Of a DNA stretch of 60,119 nt, positions 51,848 through 60,119 are shown one piece after another. Position 1 is the first letter of the stretch. Every line of letters begins with the position of its first letter. The position numbers were made by a program, and so were the translations under genes. This stretch comes from Nemertoderma westbladi (Eukaryota; Animalia; Xenacoelomorpha), in NCBI GenBank assembly GCA_032718475.1, contig JAUCBJ010007483.1, positions 1 through 60,119 of the forward strand, read 5' to 3'. Under the pieces are notes generated by a model. The model was not told the origin of the DNA. It worked only from the letters and a program-made list of their open reading frames with translations, and ran no database searches.

Positions 51848-53040
51848 TGTTCGCGCTTTTGAAGACCTTTAGCAGTTTAACCTGCCAAAATTTATATGTC
51901 TTTAAGTTAATTAACACACCTTTAGCATACGACAATATTTTATGCTAATAAACAAAACATTAGCCGAAGCCAGCCCATGCGCGATCATTCACCCGATGGA
52001 TACACCCGGGAGGCTAAATTCGGATGCTTAGATTTTATTATTGCAGTGTAAGGTTGCAGTGTAAGCCTACTGTATTATTCGATTGATCGCTAATATGTAA
52101 TTTCTGACAGATATTATTAACTTTCGGGAAATATTAACAGTTCCTTTAGGACGTGGCGCTCTATCTATTTAAACAGAGCTAGGTCTTATACTAAACGCAA
52201 CGATAAGGCTTATGATTAAAGTATAAGGCGCATTCTTTAGGAAATGCTTTGTTACCAGTCACATCACACTCACAATCATGCACACTATTCTGCCGACCGT
52301 CAGTATATTTGATCACACATAAAGAGAACAGCAATTGACTCAGGTAGTGTCTACTAAATAACATTAGATTCAATACACACCACATTGATATAAATCGCAA
52401 TTGTTATATATAGCCTGTCTCTCTAACCTGTAGTGTATCAAGAAATTGGGAAATTTGGGTGATTTATCAATATTCTCCAAATGACAATATTTCATCAACA
52501 AATCGATACAATTAATAACTGACGGTAAATAGCAGTACAAACAATATGATTAGTGCAGTTAAATTAAGTGAGGTAACACCGCCGGTAACAGTTATACTTT
52601 CTATAATCTAAGCAGTTTTTGCTAGAGTTGTTCCAAAAGCCGGTGTTATGGCGAAAAATGGGAACACAACAACAGAATCCTATAAAGAATCATATGACTA
52701 CATGACTATACGAGGATACCAACTACCCTTATTCCCCGAAGCTCCCGTCCAACACAGAGGATGAGCATACAGATAGGAAATTCAGTTCAGTAGCTCTGGG
52801 ATAGGTCAAAATCAACGCCCACTCAAATTCTATTGGCCGATACGGACAGCAGGGCTGAGGCAACCTCCCTAAGCTGGTTGGCCGATCGAACAGCACCCAG
52901 ATCCCTTCGCACAGCAAATCAGCCAATCAGCCGGTAGCTTGCATTATTCTAGCTAGATATCCCTTTTTTAGAGTATTCAGCGACTGGGGGGAACTGGTTA
53001 GCAAAGCAAATGAATCAGTTATCCCACAAAAGCTTTTACA
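51848..53040 (-). repeat. 5' LTR of element 2
   Basis: TGT...ACA, near-identical to 40613-41805. Confidence 0.95.
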
Positions 53041-53984
53041 AGACTTGTGATTGTATTGATTGAGCGAGACATATACTCTCCCTGGACAAATCACCACCTG
53101 ACTTAAGGTTGAAAGGATTTCCAATAATGTTGGGCTTGTGAATTGAAGAGCACTTTCCTTTGAGAAATTTCTCAACCTGTAAGAAGTTTAGGTGTCAATA
53201 TATTTCCTAAATATAAGGGAGACTAACGGGTTTGTAACTTCAGTACAAATTTTGTGGCATATAATGGCGATGTCAGTTCTCTCCGCACCATTATTACTGG
53301 TCACCAGTTTTATAGCACCTGGTAACCTGGTAACGCCTCTTTAAAACAAATTAATGAAGCACATTCCTCTATTTTCAAATTAACTTGCCCATTTCCAAAA
53401 TGGTCTTTTAACAGATTAATCAGCTCGAAGCGATCTTTCCGAATCTTTGAAGAACATGATTATCATGTTCTGAAACATAATAAATAGTTGAAATCATCAA
53501 CGCACGGAAAAAGATTAAATATTGTAAATAATGAAGTAATTATAATAAATTATGTATAGAGTAAATATTAAACCAGTAAATAGTAAACTAGTAAACTAGT
53601 AAATATTAAAGTATTCAATGAATGAAGGACTGTAAAAAATTAAAGTTTGCAAGATGAACAGTTTTCCAAGAAACTTGGCAGTATTACTGCCGCTTCTATG
53701 GGTACTTTTATTGTAAGTATAAGAAATATACTAACAACAAAAGTACTCATTCTCACTATTATGTAAATCTCACCTGTAATGTTTCTAGATTAACTCTTAA
53801 ACAAATCGTAAAGTTCAACAGAAGTCCATATCGCCGATGGTTTGTGGTGCGTTTCTTCTAAAATACGATCAAATGCTTGTGCTGTGGAATTACTAGCAAC
53901 ATGATCTCTGTCCTCAAAAACATTATCATTAAATATATATTATGTTATAGTACATTTTGATAATGCTCTCCATAGCAAAAAATA

Positions 53985-54120
53985 TCATTATTAATATTAA
54001 TATTAATATTATCATTATTATTATAATAATAATATTGGGGCTCGAACCCGGTACCTAGGTTTCAAACTTCCGGTTATCATCAGGCGGGTTTGTGTCCTAA
54101 GACAGCTGAGCTACTGGGAT
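53985..54120 (-). ncRNA. Pol III (A/B box) short element containing a degenerate type I hammerhead-like core
   Basis: Minus strand reads TAGCTCAGCTG (A box)...AACCCGC CTGATGA TAACCGGAAGTTT GAAA CCTAGG TA CCGGGTT CGAGCCC (B box), then an AT-rich tail. Confidence 0.55.
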
Positions 54121-54619
54121 GGATGACGATTTATTCGCTATGGAGTCGGCTATCATATTTTGGCCTTTTACAGTCACTCAAAGTAAATTACAACGTTTTT
54201 TTTACCAATCTTCATATTCTTTCTTAACTTTTGACGGTCTATATACATACCAAGTTTCGTTTAATTTCATCAAGGAATAACCGAGTTATTAGCGATCAAA
54301 TATTTTCGACGACAGACAACTCGTTAATGGCACACATATGCTAAGGCATCGCTCACTTCGTGGCTCGCCCCACAATGTTATGTTGGTATAATAAATTCTT
54401 AAATAACCTTCTGGAGCACACACTTAATCATGTTATTATATTATCCACCACTGTATAACGGTATATCCAACATGGTATGTCAGGGAATACGTTCTAAACT
54501 ATTTATTGTCTATTTTGTTAGAACTGGACTCAGCAATAAGGGCCATATTATAAATGTCTCTGGGGTGTGTATTGGCGTGTGTGTTCCGGAGGGGATAATT
54601 TATGCATTCTGATTCACAC

Positions 54620-54685
54620 AACACACATGCGGCATACACACACACATGCGGCATACACACACACATGCGGCATACACACACACAT
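54620..54685 (+). repeat. 19-bp tandem repeat, 3 copies
   Basis: Unit acacacatgcggcatacac. Confidence 0.85.
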
Positions 54686-54957
54686 CGGGCATTTAGGGGG
54701 TGGTGTGGTATGATTGTTTGTGTTCACTGGTGGCTTGCACGAACATGCACGTCGGTCATACACATTCGTGCCACCATGGAAATTGAATCAAGTAATAAAT
54801 TCATAATGCTCAAATATTCAACAATTTATTTAATAATTATTATTAGTTAATCTGTTGATACATACTAAAACATCAGACAAACTGAAAAGACCTGAAACAA
54901 CCTATCCCATGCTTAGAGGTGGAATGTACTGAAAGGAATACAGAACTAATACCGTGC

Positions 54958-55214
54958 TATACCGACCTATAAAATAGCTACTAAAAGCTATACCGACCTA
55001 TAAAATGGCTACTAAAAGCTATACCGACCTATAAAATAGCTACTAAAAGCTATACCGACCTATAAAATGGCTACTAAAAGCTATACCGACCTATAAAATG
55101 GCTACTAAAAGCTATACCGACCTATAAAATGGCTACTAATAGCTATACCGACCTATAAAATGGCTACTAAAAGCTATACCGACCTATAAAATGGCTACTA
55201 AAAGCTATACCGAC
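54958..55214 (+). repeat. 31-bp minisatellite, about 8 copies
   Basis: Unit tataccgacctataaaatggctactaaaagc. Confidence 0.95.
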
Positions 55215-55784
55215 TACGTAAAACCCTTGTCTACACCGGCCTATACCGAGCTAAAACCTGCCCATACCCGCCTAGATCGAGCTATAACTTTGCAAAACAA
55301 AGCTATAATGGCACGTTTCACGGTAAAGTACGTGACTGTCAGAGACAGTCTTTTGCAAATTACATATACAGCATACAGTATCGTCCCTTTCATGCACTTT
55401 TCCTGTAAAACGGCATTTTCGATTTTAATTTTGTTTGAAAGTAATATTCCAGGATTTTGGTCTTATTTACTTTTAAATCCATTAAATGTAACGATTTTAA
55501 ACAAAAACAGTTATGGTATTGGAATTGTGTAACATATTAGGTAGGAAACTATGTATAGGGATATAGGTTGTTTAAAAAAAATATTACATTTTTTACAATG
55601 ATTACTCAAAAAGCATTAAAACCCTTAGACAAATTCGATTATTAAGTTTGAAAAATATAAATCAAATCTCCCTCTTTCATAATAAACAACAATTCTAGCT
55701 CCTGATTCGTTGTTTCCAATTTTATATCAACGTTTCCCGGGCTTACCTTATTTATAATAGTAAAATGTATTATATAGGTTGTTT

Positions 55785-56058
55785 TAAAAGTAAAAGTAAA
55801 TTTTCTTCGGCCGCTAGGCCAGGGATTACGCACAAAGTCTGACGACTTATTTCCAGTGTGGTCCCCCCAGAACTTTACTCCCCAGAGGAAACTCCAGTAC
55901 TCATTTAGCTACCACTTAAGGATGCAAGGCAGAGATGCGCCCTGGCTGGTCCCTTTAAAGCATTCGTGCCGAAACGAAAACTGCCCTGGCCCATGTGAGG
56001 ATCGAACCCACGACCTACGGGAGATGTGAATTCAATGCAACCACTACACCAAGGTGGA
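55785..56058 (-). mobile_element. tRNA-derived SINE
   Basis: Minus-strand A box TGGTGTAGTGG, B box GGTTCGATCC, central aatgagtactgg motif and (TTTTAC)n tail. Confidence 0.8.
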
Positions 56059-56951
56059 ACCAAGGTGGAAAAAAAAATTATTTATAATGCAGTCTATGCA
56101 AAACTGGCATATAGGTTAAACGCAAAATATCTTAGTTATACGTGGGAGCATGGCCTTCTAAGTGTGATAATCGGATTCAGAATACATTTTAACAAAGAAA
56201 TGCAGCAATCTCCATTTCGGCAAAAATGGCATATAGGTGGTTTCAAAATGAAAGGGACGATATAACAGTCTTCATAGAGCTACACGTTTAGTATAAATAG
56301 AAGCAAATTACATATACAGCATATAACAGTCTTCATAGAGCATTAACTTGTGATATTCTGAGAGACAAAGTATTCTGCTACACGTTTAGTATACAAGCTA
56401 AACTTCTTAGTGTAAATGGCGTTAGTAATCATCAACGCAGAAATATTAAAATGTATTTTTTTTAAGTCCAAAAATTCAGCGTATTGAGCACCTTGAGGAA
56501 ATAAATGAGTTCACAGCAGCCAAGAGGTAATATTGCTGTTTCCAAAACAGCCTTTAGTGACATTTCAAACCTAACGAAATTCAGGGAACTTGATGTAAAA
56601 CAAAGTATAGTCGGTGACATGGCTAAGTAAAGTATGTGACCCATACTATTTCATTCGAATATCCAAATCTATTTCACCCCGCTGCCATGCCGCTATATAT
56701 TTTTACAACACAATTTGTTAAGGGAATCACCTAGAAACAGATTCTATCATATTTTTAATGACAGGGCGATTGAAAACAATAATCTAATAATAATCAAATT
56801 TGATTCGAGTAGTATGTAATGCTAATAAATTTATTGGAGAAAACATATTGATGAAATTGAAAATATATCACATACTTGTAAAGTCATAGTTTATAATGTG
56901 GTACTGGAAAAAACCTTATTTGTAACTATCAACATTAATTTATTTCTACAG

Positions 56952-58418
56952 ATGCATTACCCAGTCCTGCAACATCAACACCACCAACTACAGCATCAAA
57001 TTCAGCATCACCTTCAACAACAGCATCACCATCAACTACGGCATCACCATCAACAACGGCATCACCGTCAACAACAGCATCACCTTCAACTACAGCATCA
57101 CCTTCAACAACGGCATCACCTTCAACTATGGCATCACCTTCGACAACAGCATCACCTTCAACAACGGCATCACCTTCAACTACAGCAACACCTTCAACAA
57201 CGGCATCACCTTCAACTACAGCATCACCTTCAACAACATCATCACCTCCAACAACGACATCACCTTCAACTACAGCATCACTTTCAACAATGGCATCACC
57301 TTCAACTACGACATCACCTTCAACTACAGCATCACCTTCAACAACAACATCACCTTCAACTACGGCAACACCTTCGACAACAGCATCACCTTCAACTACG
57401 GCATCACTTTCAACAACAGCATCACCTTCAACAACAACATCACCTTCAACTACAGCATCACCTTCAACAACAACATCACCTTCAACTACGGCAACACCTT
57501 CGACAACAGCATCACCTTCAACTACGGCATCACTTTCAACAACAGCATCACCTTCAACAACAACATCACCTTCAACTACAGCATCACCTTCAACAACAGC
57601 ATCACCTTCAACTACGGCAACACCTTCGACAACAGCATCACCTTCAACAACAGCATTACCTTCAACTACAGCATCACCTTCAACAACGGCATCACCTTCA
57701 ACTACGGCATCACCTTTGACAACACCATCACCTTCAACAACGGCATCACATTCAACTACAGCAACACCTTCAACAACGGCATCACCTTCAACTACAGCAA
57801 CACCTTCAACAACGGCATCACCTTCAACTACGGCATCACCTTCAACAACAGCTTCACCTTCAACTACGGCATCACTTTCAACAACAGCATCACCTTCAAC
57901 AACAACATCACCTTCAACAACAGCATCACCTTCAACTACGGAATCACCTTCAACAACAGCATCACCTTCAACTACAGCATCACCTTCAACAACGACATCA
58001 CCATCAACTATGGCATCACCTTCAACAACAGCTTCACCTTCAACTATGGCATCACTTTCAACAACATCATCAACTACAGCAGCTACCACAGAGGCATCTA
58101 CAGTGCCAACAACAATGGCAATTCACCAGCCCCCCACTACAACATTTTTCCAAGCATCTTTTCATGGAAATTGCGATGTAGTTACAAGTAATGCTATCAC
58201 ACAAGCTGATGTAATATCACAATATGTTAATTTTGTCATAAACACATTGCAGAGTGTTGGAGAAATTACTGTGACAGTTCAAAATATCACTTGCGGCTCA
58301 ATAATTCTACCTACTGCAATAACTGTATCAGATGGTGATATGAGTACTCAAGATTTAAGCGAGTCAGTGGAATCTATCTTACAACAGGAATCTTCTAACT
58401 GGCCACCAATCACATCTG
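56952..58418 (+). CDS. Host exon encoding a mucin-like (TTASPS)n PTS region followed by an SEA-like domain
   Basis: Acceptor tatttctacag ends at 56951 (phase 1, in frame with ORF 57128-58426) and candidate donor gtgagt is at 58419. Roughly 60 18-bp Thr/Ser/Pro repeats precede a domain with NITCGSII, resembling the SEA GSVVV motif. Confidence 0.75.
57003..58080 (+). repeat. Coding 18-bp tandem repeat (acagcatcaccttcaact-like)
   Basis: Directly visible periodicity that keeps several reading frames open. Confidence 0.95.
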
Positions 58419-60119
58419 GTGAGTGAAACTCTTTCATTCAAAGGCACCATATATCCGATAATCTTTAAGTATAATATCACCTACAGTCCATGTCGAGAAG
58501 TCACCGATAGGTAATATTGAAACCGCAATTAAATCAGAGTTTTGGCTCAGTTGGTCAATTGGTTATCGACGTTGCTAGACGCTGGATGGATGTTATAATG
58601 CCGGAATTATTTATGGTATAAGATCAATTTCTATGTTGGTTTATGAGAATGCGAAACCCATTCTCCAGGATGGCTTTGATGATGGTTTTGTACAATTTGT
58701 AAACGAAGGTGATTTGCAAATCGCTTTCGCATCAGAGGGAGTGGCTATGTTTGTCCATGATATCATACGTGGATCCAATGCTACAACTATTCCACTACCA
58801 TCAACAACTACTGCCATCGTCACAGAGGAAATCTCAACCACCATCTACGGAACCTGGAACAATGGAAACTACAGAGTCAGCTGCAACAACATATGAAACT
58901 TCAACAAAGTTTCATATATTAATAGCTGGATTTCTTTGGAAACTCTTTTAATCTTCGGGCAATTATTGTTGCTTTGATATTTCACTTTAGTTGAAGGTGT
59001 AATTGTCTATGACTCTGAACTTGATATGTTCAGCATTTATTTATATTATATTATATACAATATAATATATATATGTGAGTGTGTGTCTGTGTAAATATTC
59101 CATATTGTTGAATACAGTCCCTATCTCATTCTGAATATTATTTCTCAAACTGGGTATCATTTCTCAAACCTTTTACTAATGATAGTCAACGGAGAATTTC
59201 AGTAGGTAAGACTGGGGTAAGAGTTGAGAAATCAGAAAGATGCAGCCAGCTCAATCTAACTCAAACTAGAGTCTGGCGCCATGGTTTGAGTTAGGTTGAC
59301 TTCCAACTGTGTCATACTCAGCATTACTCTTCCTGTACGGGATGGATAATTACTCTGGTTGAGTGAGGCACCACATGGGGAAGGGGCCTCTGTCTGTTGC
59401 TTGGGCTCTTGAGTTAATGGGTTGAATTACATAAGCTGGGCAGGCCGGCTTGCGTGTGTCTCATAAAAGACATGTCAATCACGCAGTTCCTTTGTGGGCT
59501 TTACTAAATGTATGTTGTTAACTAAACCACACTGGCTCGGTCTGTTTGTAGAGAAAGTTTTAATTCTGGGAATATTGTTGTGGGAAATTGGTGCTCTGTT
59601 GTCTGTCTGTTTGATGTCAATTGGTGCCTTACAAGACATATCAGTTTAAAAATCTAATGGTTAATTAAGAATTATTAGTGCATATGGGACCTCGCAACAC
59701 CCCCCCCCCCCCCCCCCCTCCCATAAATATGGCCCTGTCTATAATTACAGAGGTTTCCTCTGGCCCCTTTGCCCGGTATCCCACCCACACCCGGATGTAT
59801 TGCGAATAATTGTGTTGACGATGTAATAGAGAATTAAACATTAGTAAAACATTAAAGTTAAACATTAGAAACATTAGCGAAATATACGCGACATTAAAAT
59901 AAATTTATAAAATTGGTTGGTTATATTATATGGTTATATTTTAATGTAAAATAACGTTAATATGTTATGAGTCATACATACTTAATAAATGTAATAAAAA
60001 TTAATAAATCTTCAGTTTAATAATTTAGCATATAATTTTTTTATTCTGAAATTTAAAAATAAATTGAGTCACTGAGTCTGCAACTTAATTCTCACTGTCT
60101 ACTGGAGTTAATTACACAC

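Larger units (their letters stand above)
40613..53040 (-). mobile_element. Bel/Pao-type LTR retrotransposon, non-autonomous (element 2)
   Basis: Two 1193-bp LTRs, TSD AGACT (40608-40612, 53041-53045), and an interior colinear with element 1. Confidence 0.95.
39950..53930 (-). pseudogene. Decayed DNA-transposase gene (Academ-like) split by element 2, segments ~39950-40612 and 53041-~53930
   Basis: Removing element 2 gives LAQSIQSQVCKSYNQTMLGLAIKLH...IDILHSNGYVASFDEVLRFRKSA...WCDNFD. The family was assigned from recalled motif resemblance only. Confidence 0.55.

Noticed and set aside
9304-53040. Elements 1 and 2 as a segmental duplication or assembly duplicate
   Set aside because: They have different TSDs, flanks and U3 sequences, so they are independent insertions.
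55990-56058. Functional tRNA gene
   Set aside because: A and B boxes are present but there is no proper cloverleaf, and it continues into a SINE body and tail.
56898-58089. Gln/His-rich ORF (56898-57719 +) and (VVEGDA)n ORF (56935-58089 -)
   Set aside because: Shadow frames of the 18-bp repeat. Only the TTASPS frame links a splice acceptor to a downstream domain.

Overview
Metazoan (probably invertebrate) genomic DNA. A plus-strand host gene appears to span the window. A LamG/ConA-like exon (2795-3457) and a mucin-like PTS plus SEA-like exon (56952-58418) have compatible phase-1 splice sites and flank about 53 kb of densely nested mobile DNA. The main occupants are two full-length minus-strand Bel/Pao-type LTR elements (9304-23531, TSD CAGTC; 40613-53040, TSD AGACT) and two related solo LTRs. 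Both full elements encode Gag plus protease fused to only the tail of RNase H, with no RT or integrase, and carry a second zinc-knuckle ORF where env would be. Neither has a tRNA primer-binding site. Instead the 11 nt abutting the 5' LTR are complementary to an 11-mer at the apparent U3/R boundary, with compensatory changes between copies, which suggests Tf1-like self-priming in a Bel/Pao lineage. Also present: CRE-type and RTE-like LINE fragments, piggyBac-like, Kolobok-like and other TIR elements, a fold-back element, a decayed Academ-like transposase, a 5.7-kb 55-bp satellite, minisatellites, a tRNA SINE and a Pol III element containing a hammerhead-like core. All calls were made by eye with no database searches.
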